DNA from: Eledone cirrhosa
Taxonomy: Eukaryota
Direction: 5' to 3'
Assembly (NCBI GenBank): GCA_964016885.1
Contig: OZ024742.1
Location: forward strand, 100,626,001 to 100,690,000
DNA: 64,000 bases
In this document: piece by piece, positions 37,328-49,862 of the stretch
Layout: the number at the start of each line of letters is the position of its first letter
Numbering within the stretch: the first letter of the stretch is position 1
Program-made: the position numbers and the translations under genes
The notes under the pieces: generated by a model
The model's database searches: none
The model's input: the letters and a program-made list of their open reading frames with translations, nothing else
What the model was told of the DNA's origin: nothing

Positions 37328-40300
37328 ATGGATGACCAATATAACATAATTCCGTCTCCCACACCCCTCCCTACTCCTCCAACCCATCCATCCCACCCTC
37401 CCAACTTCAGAGTTGGTACCATGAATGTAGGCACATTGAAAGGTCGCTCAAATGAGGTTGTAGAGATGCTTGAACGTAAAGAAGTTGATGTTTGTTGTGT
37501 TCAAGAGACTAGGTGGAGAGGGGGGGGGGGGGGTCTGCCAGATTCATCGTGGGTAAAAAACGATGCTATAAACTTTTCTGGGTGGGAAATGACAACGGAC
37601 TGGGTGGTGTAGGAATTATGTTAGCTGAAAAATGGGTAGATAAGGTAATTGACGTAAATAGAGTGAATGGCAGAATAATTAAAATAAGACTAGTTATAAA
37701 TAGAACTACTGTGACAATAATATCTGCTTATGCACCCCATTCTGGTTTACCTGACGTTATAAAGGACAGGTTCTATGAGATGCTAATGCACACTACCTCC
37801 CAAATAACCGACAGCGACTACTTAATTATTGCTGGCGATCTAAACGGTCACGTTGGACAACATAGTGATGGCTATGATGGAATCCATGGAGGCTATGGGG
37901 TTGGAAATAGAAATGAGGAGGGCTTCAGAATCCTGGAATTCTGTGACGCTAATAACCTAACTATCTATAACACAAACTTCAAAAAACGAGAAAACCACTT
38001 GATCACCTATAGATCAGGGGAACACGCCAGCCAGATAGATTATATCCTTATTAGAAGACGGGACAAAGTGTCTGTTGTAAACACTAAATCCCTCCCCCGT
38101 GAAGAATGCACTCCCAAATAACCTAGTAGTTAGTGACCTCATAGTCAAGAATAGACGTACTCGACGACAGAGGAGGCCTACCTTGAGGAGAAGAATATGG
38201 AAGTTGAAGGACCCTATAGCCAGTGACAAATTTAAAAGCTTATTACTTGATGCCTTTGACAATAAGGAAGAGCAATTAGAGACGTACGATATAGAGGAAC
38301 AGTGGCAATTCTTGAAAGTGAACCTGCTGAAAGCAACGGATGAAATCTGTGCCTGGAGCATACCTATTGGCAGGAGGAGAGTAACTTGGTGGTGGAACAG
38401 TAAGGTGGAGGAGACAATCAAGGCCAAAAATCAAGCTTGGAAAGTATGGCAGGATGGGGGAAGTAGAGAGCACTATCAAGTGGCCAGGAAAGAAGCTAGG
38501 AGACAAGTGTACCTTGCAAAAAGGGAACCAGAGAATGGAAAGTTCAAGCACGTTCTACAACGTGAGGACCAAAAACGTGAGGTGTCAAGGAAAACCGTGA
38601 TATTGTCGGGGAGAAGTGTGTCCGTAATGATAACGATGTACTTGCCCTCACTGATACTGATAATAAGATAGCCTGGAAGTGTCACTACGAGAGACTATTA
38701 AATGAGGAGAATAAATGGAAAAAAGATAGTCTGCCCAAAATCGATCCAATAGAAGGACCAGCGGTGCAAGTTAAAGGTAATATAATAAGTAAGGCAATCA
38801 AAGATATGAAGACAGACAAGGCAGCTGGGCCTTCGGAGATAGTTGCTGAGATGTTGAAGACATCTGGAATGGTGGGAGATACTATGGTCACCCGTATAGT
38901 TAACCAAGTAATATAGAATGGGGTCATACCAAAGACTGGCATAGCAGCATCATCATTAACTGCTACAAGTGTAAAGGAGATGCTCTAGATAGAGGAGACT
39001 ATAGAGGCATTAAGTTAGTTGACCAGATCATGAAGGTCACAGAAAGAGTTATAGCGCAACTAATCAGAGAGCGAATTGATCTAGATGAAATGCAGTTTGG
39101 GTTTGTGTCAGGTAAAAGTACCACAGGCGCTCCTTTCCTTGTACGACAACTACAGAAGTACCTACCTAAAAGTAAACCCCTCTACATAGCTTTTGTAGAC
39201 CTGGAGAAAGCCTTTGACAGAGTCCCCCGCTCCATTATCCGGTGGGCTCTTAGAAAACTAGGTGTAGATGAATGGCTTGTGAGAGCTATACAAGCTATGT
39301 ATAAAGAAACAGTCAGTAAGGTTAGAATTAACAATGAATATTGTGAAGAATTTAGTGTAAAAGTTGGTGTTCATCAAGGCTCTGTCCTTAGCCCCCTCCT
39401 ATCTATTATTGCCCTTCAGGCTATAACAGAGGAGTTCAAGACCGGCTGCCCATGGGAACTCCTATACGCAGATGATCTAAGGCTCATAGCTGAATCAATG
39501 GCTGAACTAGAGAAGAAATTCTAAACATGGAAGCATGGCCTAGAATCAAAAGGCCTTAAAGTTAACTTGTCTAAGACTAAAGTTCTAGTTTGTAGAAAGG
39601 AAAATAGAGCACAGGTGCCCTCAGGGAAATGGCCATGCTCAGTGTGTAGGAAAGGAGTAGGCAGAAATTCCATTTTATGTCTCAAATGCAAAGTATGGGT
39701 ACATAAAAGATTTAGTGGGATCACAGGTAAACTATCTAAGAACGTAGACTTTATATGTGGCCGATGCTCAGGTGCAATAAGTAGCAAGTCTCCACGGGAT
39801 ACTAGCTCCTTCTATTGCCCAGATGGTTCTATAGAAATAGTGGACACTTTCCGTTACCTGGGTGACGAAATCAGCAGTGGTGGAGGGTGTTCTGAAAGTA
39901 CAGTAGCCAGAGTCAGAACGGGATGGAAAAAGTTCAGAGAGCTTATACCGCTGTTGGCCACAAAAGGTTTCTCTCTAAAAATGAAAGGCAGATTGTATGA
40001 TGCCTGTATACGAACAGCAATGCTACATGGCAGTGAGAGGGCATTACGTGCAGAGGACCTGCGTAGACTGGAAAGGGACGAAGCATGCATGCTTCGTTGG
40101 ATGTGTAATAGTAATATACGTGAACGGCAAAGCATAAATGAACTAAGTGAGAAATTAGGAATAAGAGGGATCAGATGCTGTTATCATTCATGCGCATCAC
40201 GTGGCCATTGGTATGGCCACGTGATGCGCATGAATGATAACAGCTGTATAAAAAAGTACAGGGCGATCAAAATTGATGGTAGTTACGGAGTAGGTAGACC

Positions 40301-40421
40301 CAGAAAAACCTGGGACGATCTGATAAATTCCGACCTTACACACTTGCACCTCTCTAAGACAATGTCACTGGACCGAGATCTTTGGTGCTACGCAGTAATA
40401 CAGAAGACCCGCCTTGCCTAA
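37328..40421 (+). pseudogene. RTE ORF: AP endonuclease, reverse transcriptase and PHD-type zinc finger, with several frameshifts and stops
   Basis: APE motifs are TMNVGTL, VQETRW, SAYAP, AGDLNGH and QIDYIL. RT motifs are QFGF, FVDLEKAFDRV, GVHQGSVLSPLL, LLYADDL and FRYLG, followed by GRPRKTW. Lesions include the G-run at ~37520-37533, frameshifts near 38115, 38585 and 38940, and stops near 38915 and at 39522. Confidence 0.95.
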
Positions 40422-42000
40422 GTACAAAGCGAAACCTACAGTCAGTAGGCACCTCTTAACCAAATGTACACCCCAATCCTCTACCCCTACCCTATCCTCC
40501 TACTCCCACCAACACCACCCTCTCTCTGTAAAGTTGGTTCCACAACATCCAGTCCAAATAAATGAGATAATGAGATCGAGTTCGTGTAGGTGTCACGACA
40601 AAAAACACACAGTCCACGCTGTAATGTGGCCGTGTAGGTAACACGGTAAAAGGTTCCCAGTTCCACACTGTAAATGTGGTTGGTGTTAGGAAGGGCATCC
40701 AGCCGTAGAAAACCTGCCAGATAGTCCTATATGAGCGAGACACGGTCACCCGACCAACCTCTCCTCAAGTGGAACAACTCCCGTCTAACCCATGCTAGCG
40801 TGGAAGATGGATGTTAAACGAAGATGATGATGATGAGATGATGATAATGATTTCTGATTTAGGCACTATGCCAACAATTTGGGGAAAGGGTAAAGTCGAT
40901 TAAATCTACCCCAGTGCATTACTGGTACTTTATTTTATTGACCCCATAAGGATGAAAGGCAAAGTTAACTGCATTGGGATTTGAACTCAGAACATAAAGC
41001 TACCTGACTAATAATAAAACCAATATGAAACTAACTGGTGCAAGTGTTTTTATTAGCAGCATGACCCTTCCAAACTATAACAGTATCTGTTTCAACACTA
41101 TTTTTCTTGCAAAATAAATATATAAAAGCAATAAAATAGTAATCTAATAAAATAACATCAGTTGACTCAGTCACAAGCTGAAATCCTTAATTTCACCCCT
41201 GGGACTCATCAGTTTCAATTTCTTACACCATCACTGTCACTAGCACCATTACCACCACTACAACCAGTAACAACACTGCTACACTACAACGAGAAACACC
41301 ATCACCATTACCACCACTACAACCAGAAACACCATCATCACCATCAAGCCTCCAACACCAGCACCACCACCACTACAACCAGAAACACCATCATCACCAT
41401 CAAACCCCCACCATAACCACCACCACCACCATCAACCCCTCATAACCACCACCACCACCACCACCACTGCCACCACCACTACAACCATCATCACCATCAA
41501 CCCCCTCATAACCTACACCACCAGCACCAGCACCAGCACCACCACCACCACCACTACAACCATCATCACCATCAATCCCTACCCCCCATAATCAGCACCA
41601 GCACCGCCACCACTGCTGCCACCACTACAGCCATCAACCTAAGCCCCCACAACCACCACCACCACCGTCACTACCACAAACTCCAGCAGCCTTTTAAATG
41701 ATCCTTACAATTTGTGTGAAGAAAAATTAGTTTAAAATGTAAAATGAATAAATAAATAAATAATTAATTAATTAATTACATTTACCTGTATCCTGTGTAG
41801 GTGGTCATGGTGTGTTGAATGGTAGTGGAGGTGGAGGTGGTAATGTTGGTGGGTGTTAATCTCATGGGCTAAGATGTGGGGGGGGGGGTCTCTATTGTTT
41901 TAGTGTGTGTAACAATGTAAGAATTATATCAGCAATGGTGCGAAATGTGTTTTTCGTTGTTTTGGTAGTTGTTGTTGTGTTTATGGTGGTGGGGTGGCGG

Positions 42001-42033
<33 letters not shown>

Positions 42034-42201
42034 TTATTGTTGATGTACTCACTATTTATTCCTCCTTCATCCTATGTCTACATCTATTTAACACCATGTA
42101 TGGGTAGGCGTATTCATCATCATCATCATCATCACCATTTTACATCCATTCTGCCACACTAGCATGGGTTAGTATATATCATCATCATCATCATCATCAT
42201 C

Positions 42202-42243
<42 letters not shown>

Positions 42244-42410
42244 AATGAGGGTAGTGTTAGGAAGGGTATCCAGTGGTACAAATCAAGCCAAAATCTGTTC
42301 TGTATGAGCAAGACATGGTCACCTGGCCTGGCTTTGCCCACAACAGGACAACTCGTCTAACCCATGCTAGCATGGAAAAATGAAGGTAAAACGGTGATGT
42401 ACGGTGATGA

Positions 42411-42444
<34 letters not shown>

Positions 42445-42938
42445 CAGTCCACACTGTAAACGTGGTTGGTGTTAGGAAGGGCATCCAGCCGTAGAAACCC
42501 CGCCAGACAGTCCTATACGAGCAAGACAACCAATCTTGCCTCAAGTGGGAAAATTCCCGTCCAAACCCATGCTAGCGTGGAAGATGGACGTTATACGATG
42601 ATGATATGGGATAACAAGTTATCGTTATAGGTAATCCAGTTAGAGGACTCCACGTCATGGATAGTTTTAACGTACGGCTTTGTTTGACTCAACAAGATGT
42701 TTCCATAGTTATGCAGCGAGTTCGCGGTAATTTCTATGCAGGTTATACTTGGAGTAATAATAGTTAAAGAAAGAGGTGCTCTGATGTGTTGACCAGTGGT
42801 AAACAATGTATTGGAGATCGATTGATGCAACCTCAAGCGATTAGCAAACTCTAGACACACCTGATCAACGAAACAATTGTCAGTACTTTAAATAAAGCAC
42901 TTATTGTACAGCCTACCATGTTACTCTTCTTTCTTTAA

Positions 42939-43024
<86 letters not shown>

Positions 43025-43152
43025 TTTATCATATACATGTGTGTGTATGTATATATATATATATTATATGTTTATATATGTTTATATATATATATATATA
43101 CATAAAATGTGTGTGTAGATATGTATAGTATATACATGTGTGTGTATGTGTG

Positions 43153-43183
<31 letters not shown>

Positions 43184-43567
43184 CTAATATATGTGTGTGT
43201 ATATGTGCCATGTTTAACTACATCCACCTCACATGTAATTACAACAATTAGTAGATTGTCAACTTCTTGCAGCTTCACAGTGTGTGGCCATAGTAACATG
43301 TTATTATTATAAAGAAATAATAAACAACAAATGATATAAACACAATCTCACATACACATACACATACACACAGTCACACACACACACACACAGAAACAGA
43401 CACACGTGTGGGTGGTTGTGAGTGTAAAGTGTCTGTGTGAATGTGTGTATGAAGGAAAGATAGGGGAAGTTTGTGTGTGTGTATGTGTGAGTATTTTATA
43501 TGTTTAAAGAAAATTGATGTACTAGTTTTAAGCTCTCTCTTCCTCCATTCCTATTATGCTATTATGT

Positions 43568-43690
<123 letters not shown>

Positions 43691-43916
43691 CTGTTTGCAT
43701 GCATATATATATATTTTGTTGTTGTGTTGATGGTGGTGGTGGTGGCGGTGTTGGTGGTGGTGGTGTTTGTTATTGTTGATGTACTCACTATTTATTTCTC
43801 CTTCATCTTGTGTCTACATCTCTTTAACACATGTACACATGTATGGGTAGGCGTATTCATCATCATCATCATCACCATCACCATTTTACACCCATTCTGC
43901 CACACTAGCATGGGTT

Positions 43917-43951
<35 letters not shown>

Positions 43952-44100
43952 AATAAGGTTAGTGTTAGGAAGGGTATCCAGTGGTACAAATCAAGCCAAA
44001 ATCTGTTCTGTATGAGCAAGACATATATATATATATATATATATATATGGGTGTGTGTGTATGTATATATATATATATGCATTAACACCAAGACAAGAGC

Positions 44101-44543
44101 ATCATGTTGCCGACAGTGCTTTATGTGAGCGAGACCTGGAAGAGTACGGCAAAAATAGAGAGACGGCTGAACGTTCCACCACCGATGCCTGCGAAAGATC
44201 CTTCGTGTGTCCTGGCGCGACCGAGTGCGAAACGAGGAGATCCTGCGGAGAGCCGAGTCGTGCACGCTACAGAGAGTGGTCACGGAGCGTCGGTGCCGTC
44301 TGGCTAGCCATATTCTGCATCTGCCAAATGAACGACATTCGAAAACAGCGATGAACTGGACTCCGCCTGGCGGTAAACGGAGGCGGGGTTGCCCAATGAT
44401 CACCTGGCGACGAACGTTTCAGAAAGACCTGATGGCAGTCAACATCACCTGGCAGGGTCTCGAAAACGTTGCCGCTGATCGTGACCGTTGGCGAGTACTT
44501 ACTGCTCCATGCGTCGAACGGCGCGGAAGAATCTAAGACTAAG
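44101..44543 (+). mobile_element. GC-rich RTE-group LINE 3' fragment (second family)
   Basis: Encodes VLPTVLYVSETW...SWRDRVRNEEILRR...MNWTPPGGKRRRGCPMITWRRT...AADRDRWR, with a CTAAGACTAAG tail, between TA tracts. Confidence 0.88.
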
Positions 44544-44556
44544 ATATATATATATA

Positions 44557-44684
44557 TAATAAAGAAATGGCTTCTACAGAACTAGAACTGTTTCATTTGA
44601 AGCCATTTCTATATTAAAAATTCATACTCTGCTATGTATTGAGTACCTTACTTACTGTGGTTACCTCCAATTAAAACCGGGATA
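44557..44684. mobile_element. Internally deleted copy of the 3287-3478 hammerhead palindrome element
   Basis: It shares TTCTACAG.ACTAGAACTGTTTCATT and the tail ACTCTGC.ATGTATTGAGTACCTTACTTACTGTGGTTACCTCC. Its arms AGAAATGGCTTC and GAAGCCATTTCT are complementary. Confidence 0.8.
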
Positions 44685-44696
44685 CACACACACATA

Positions 44697-46265
44697 TCAT
44701 CATCATCATCATCATCATCACCGTTTTAAGTCCATTCTTCCACGCTAGCATGGATTAGACAGGTTGTCCTGTTGTAGGCAATGTTAGGTCGGGTGACCTT
44801 GTCTTGCTCATACTGGAACTAGTTTTGGCTTGATTTCTACAGCTGGATGCCCTTCCTAACACCAACCTCATTTACAGTGAGTGCTGGGTGCTTTTTTTCC
44901 ATATCACCTACACGACCACTTAAACGGTGTGGTCTCGATGCTTTTTTGCCGTGGCACCTCCACAACCACTTGGCAGTGGACTTTAGCTACAGTACTTTCG
45001 CAGCACCCTCCACCCCTGCTGATTTTGTCACCCAGGTAACGGAAGGTGTCCACTATTTCTATAGAACCATCTGGGCAATGGAATGAGCTAGTATTCTGTG
45101 GGCATTTTCTGCTATTTATTGCACCAGAGCACTGGCCACTTATACAATCTATATTCTTAGTTAGCTTACCTGTGATCCCCTCCATCTTTTATGCACCCAT
45201 ACTTTGCATTTGGGACATGAAATGGAGTTTCTGCCTACCCCTTTCCTACACACTGAGCATGGCCATTCTGTCGTTCACTCTATTTACGTCTATTACCTTA
45301 TCTACCCATTTTTCTGCTAGCATGATTCCTACTCCACCCAGCCCATTGTCATTTCCCACCCAGAAAAGCTTATAGCATCGTTTTTTACCCACAATGAATC
45401 TAGCAGACCCACCCCTCCACCTGGTCTCTTGAATACAGCAAACATCAACCTCCATACGTTCAAGCATCTCTACAACCTCGTTAGAGCGACCTTTTAAGGT
45501 ACCTACATTCATGGTACCAACTCTGAAGTTTTGGATTGCGTTTGGTGGGTGGGAAGACAGGGTGCAGGGGGGGGGGGGGGGCTATGTTAGCCGTCCGCGG
45601 CCTAAATAAAGAGGAGGAGTCCTTGCATTCTCGTCCGGCAGCATGAGGTGAATTTGTCTTTATCTTTGGCATTGTCACTGAGTGTCCAGCTTTTTTCAGA
45701 CTCTCCAGAATTCCGTAGTCCATCCATCATATCGAAAGGCAACCAGGTCTAAACTTAAGTGATAACATAGGCCGCTGACTTATGATTGGTCCAAATAATA
45801 ATGGTTTTGGATAAGGGCGGGGGGGGGTGATGGTTCTGGGGTAGTTAGCGAGAAGGTTATGAAATAAAATCCACGAAATTTTGGCCATAATCGAACGAGC
45901 ATATAACTGTAATAAGGGAAGAATTATGGGATTTTAAAATACAAGAAGATTATTTTGAACGATCAGACAGAATTATCGAATAGCATTGAAAACGAAAAGG
46001 TTGTATTCTGGACGATATGATACAGATAGATGAATGGACAAGGGAGCATGGAGAGACGAGAAAACAGGAATTCGTACATTACATTTCACAGAAGAGCAAG
46101 CGAGCGATGGAGCCAAGAATATGGGTCGACAAATTCTGAGTTTCGTACCCCGCAACAGTTTATTTTATGTTTGAAGAGAGAGGGGATGGGATTGAGAGAG
46201 AGCCAGCAGGCGTGTATACAATATATGGGGGGGGGTGAATAGTAGGGAGCAGGAAGGTTATTTTA
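44697..46265 (-). mobile_element. Internally deleted RTE derivative that retains both ends
   Basis: The 5' UTR and APE N-terminus (MNVGTLKGRSNEVVEMLER...VNRVND) are joined directly to the zinc-finger segment, which is joined directly to the 3' UTR and (GAT)n tail. Confidence 0.9.
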
Positions 46266-46272
46266 TAATATT

Positions 46273-46303
<31 letters not shown>

Positions 46304-47159
46304 TGTTTTATTTTATATACAAGTGACTTCTACAGGATTAGAACTGTTTCATTCGTATGAAATCATGTGGGTGAGTGTGTGTTTCACGCTAGGAAAAGCA
46401 TCCAGCCATAGAAACCAAGCTAGAAACAGTTCTGTATGAGTGAACTGGGTGCTTTTTGTTGTCACCAAAACAGCCACTTCACAGTCTGAACTGGGTGCTT
46501 TTATCTCTAGTCACTGACATAACCAACTTACAGTGTTGACTGGGTGATTTTTGTTTATCTGTGTGTATTTTTTCTCAATTGTCCTGGTTGTAGTGAGGGG
46601 TTTCTCCTCTCACATGTAGACTAGATAAACTACCAAAGTGAATATTGGTAACATTGTCTTCCATTCTTGAAGGGTTGATGCTGCTCCTTTTCCTTACCAT
46701 ATTTATATTGAAAAACGCAGCTGCCTATAGTTTACAAATAATTTTGAAAATAATCAAGATTTGAGATAGCAATTCAACTAACTTTCTCATTATTAAGCTG
46801 GTGTTTGGAACATAACAAAGTTTGTTACATAAAATTATAGTAGAAGCTTTTTATATGGATATAACCACTTCAACCCTTTCACCATCACCATCACCACTAT
46901 CACCATCAATACCACTATCCCCATCACCATCACTATCACCATCACCACCATCACCATCAAACCACTATCACCATCACCACCACCACTATCACCAACATCA
47001 CTATAAAGAAGGTCATGTGGTGCTATTAAGACATCAAACATGAAAGACAGGGTAACTATTATCTTGACACTAAACACCATTATCATCACCTTCACTCAGC
47101 TGTTGTTCACTTGAGTTAAAACTTATTGGTAAGTGGTGAGTCTAGCTTGGGTCATAACT

Positions 47160-48255
47160 TGGTGGCGGTGGTGGTGGTGGTGGTGGTGGTGGTGGTGATG
47201 GTGGTGGTGGTGGTGGTGATGGTGATGGTGGTGGCCGTGATGGTGGTGGTGGTTGTGGCGGTAGTGGTGGTAGTGGTGGTGGTGGTGGTGGTGGTGGTGG
47301 TGGTGGTGGTGGTGGTTGTGGCAGTGATGGTGGTTGTGGTAGGGGGGATGGTAATGGTGGTTGTGGCGGTGATGGTGGTTGTGGTGGTGTGGATGGGGGT
47401 GGTTGTGATGGTGGTAGTGGTGGTGATGTAGTGGTGGTGGTGGTGGTGGTAGTAGTGGTGATTGCGGTGGAAGTTGTGGTGGTGGTGGTGGTTGTGGTGA
47501 TGTAGTGGTGGTGGTGGTAGTGGTGGTGGTGGTGTTGGTGGTACTGTTGCTGCTAGGGTATTACTATTGTTGTTGCTGGGGTGCTGCTGTTGTTGCTGGA
47601 GGTGCTACTGCTATTTCTTGCTTAGTTGTGAGACTTGGGTCTTGCTACTGTTTGTGTTGTTGTTGTTACTGGTGGTGGTGCTGGTGGTGCTGCTGGTGGT
47701 GCTGCTGCTGTTACTATTGGTGGTGGTAATTGTGCAGCTGATAGTGCTGGTGCTACTGCTGTGGTTACTTGTAAGCTGTTGTTGTTGTTACTGGTGGTGC
47801 TGTGGTGATGCTGTGGTGCTGCTGTGGTGGTGCTGTGGTGGTGCTGCTGGTGGTGCTGCTGATGGTGCTGTGGTGGTGCTGCTGGTGGTGCTGCTGGTGG
47901 TGCTGCTGGTGGTGCTGTGGTGGTGCTGTGGTGGTGCTGTGGTGGTGCTGCTGGTGGTGCTGCTGGTGGTGCTTCTGATGGTTCTGTGGTGGTGCTGCTG
48001 GTACTGTTGGTACTGTTGTTGTTGCTACTGGTGGTGCTGTGGTGGTGCTGTGGTGGTGCTGCTGATACTGTTGTTGCAGCTGTTGCTGATGGTGGTGCTG
48101 TGGTGGTGCTGCTGATACTGTTGTTGCAGCTGTTGCTGCTGGTGGTGCTGTGGTGGTGCTGCTGGTGGTGCTGTGGTGGTGCTGCTGATACTGTTGGTGG
48201 TGTTGTTGTTGTTACTGGTGCTGCTCTTGGTACTGTTGGTGGTACTGGTACTGGT
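47160..48255. repeat. (GGT)n/(GCT)n low-complexity field
   Basis: Directly visible. Confidence 0.95.
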
Positions 48256-48497
48256 TAAGTTACTGCCCATGGCCAGGGGCTGGGTGTCTACTATGTGAGA
48301 ATGCGTATGTATGTAAATATGCATTTGTGTATATGTGTAAGTATGGGTATGGATAGGTTTGTGTATCCATCCCCATACATACATACATGTGTGACTCTGG
48401 AGAGAGACAGACAGACAGACAAAAGTGTTTGTGTCTGTGAAACTACACACTGTAAATACTGACTATACTTTGATAATGTGTACTTTTCTTTTATGTA

Positions 48498-48805
<308 letters not shown>

Positions 48806-48847
48806 CATACATACATACATACATACATACATACATACATACATACA

Positions 48848-48878
<31 letters not shown>

Positions 48879-49314
48879 GTATCCAACCCATGCTCGCAGG
48901 GAAAGCAGACATTTATATGACAATGGTGATGATTATGATATATATATATACACATACAAACATATACTATGAGTTGCTGGTGGTGTATTCACATAACAAC
49001 CACCAAACCCTTCACACACTCACATACAGTGTGTGCTAGCAATACTCTAAGCCTTGTAGCAAAATTCTTGTTGGTGTTCTAACTTCAGCAGGGAAATTTC
49101 TGAAACTAGATAGCCTCAAGAATAAATCCTTGAAGCAAATGGCAGAAGATCTGAAGAAAAGCCTCTCCAAAAGACTTCCTTATCCAATTGGCATCAAATC
49201 AAACAGGTATAGTTGTTCTGTTAATAACACATGGTGAATATTTCATTTAATTCATGATATCTTATAGCAACTGAGAAATTGATTTTCGTATCACAATCAG
49301 CATAACTAGAAAAG

Positions 49315-49862
49315 AGGGCACGTGGCCTAGAGGTTAGGAGGTTTGATTGATGATGATAAGTTTGTAGATTCAGATACTAGAACAGGTGATGTGTTATGTT
49401 CTTCTGCAAAATACTTTATTTCATGTTGCTTTTTCTGCCAAGAGTTACAACCAATATATAGTATCTATAATGGAAAGATCAATGGAAATATTCTTTCCTT
49501 GGTCTAATTTAACATTTGGCTCATTTATTCAGCCAAGTGTTGTGTGTGACAGATGTATCAGTAATGGAAAAACCAATGGAAACATTGTTTCCTCAGTCCA
49601 ATCTGACAAACTACTTCTTTCTTATGCCAACAGTTGCAGATGGTGGATAGTATCAGCAATGGAACGACCACTAGAAACCTTGTTTCCTTGATCCGATCTG
49701 ACTATTGGCTCCTTTCTTCTGTAAGGGTTGCATCTGGCAGATAGTATCTACAATGGAAAGATCAATAGAAACATTGTTTCCTTGGTTCAATCTGTTGTGA
49801 GTGACAGATGTATCAACAATGGAAAAACCAATGGAAACATTGTTTCTTTGATCTGATCTGGT
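49315..49862 (+). mobile_element. Degenerate CORE SINE with five tandem copies of its 3' module
   Basis: A tRNA-like head starts at 49315. GTATC..CAATGGAAA.ACCAATGGAAACATTGTTTCCT.GGTCCAATCTG occurs near 49460, 49555, 49650, 49744 and 49810. Confidence 0.8.

Larger units (their letters stand above)
36635..40835 (+). mobile_element. Near-full-length RTE-clade LINE
   Basis: It comprises a 5' UTR homologous to 45520-46265 (-), a single APE-RT ORF, and a 3' UTR ending AACCCATGCTAGCGTGGAAGATGGATGTTAAACG-(GAT)n. The exact 5' boundary is uncertain. Confidence 0.92.

Noticed and set aside
47126-48258. Poly-Val/Leu hydrophobic ORFs that look like membrane proteins
   Set aside because: They are translations of (GGT)n and (GCT)n repeats.
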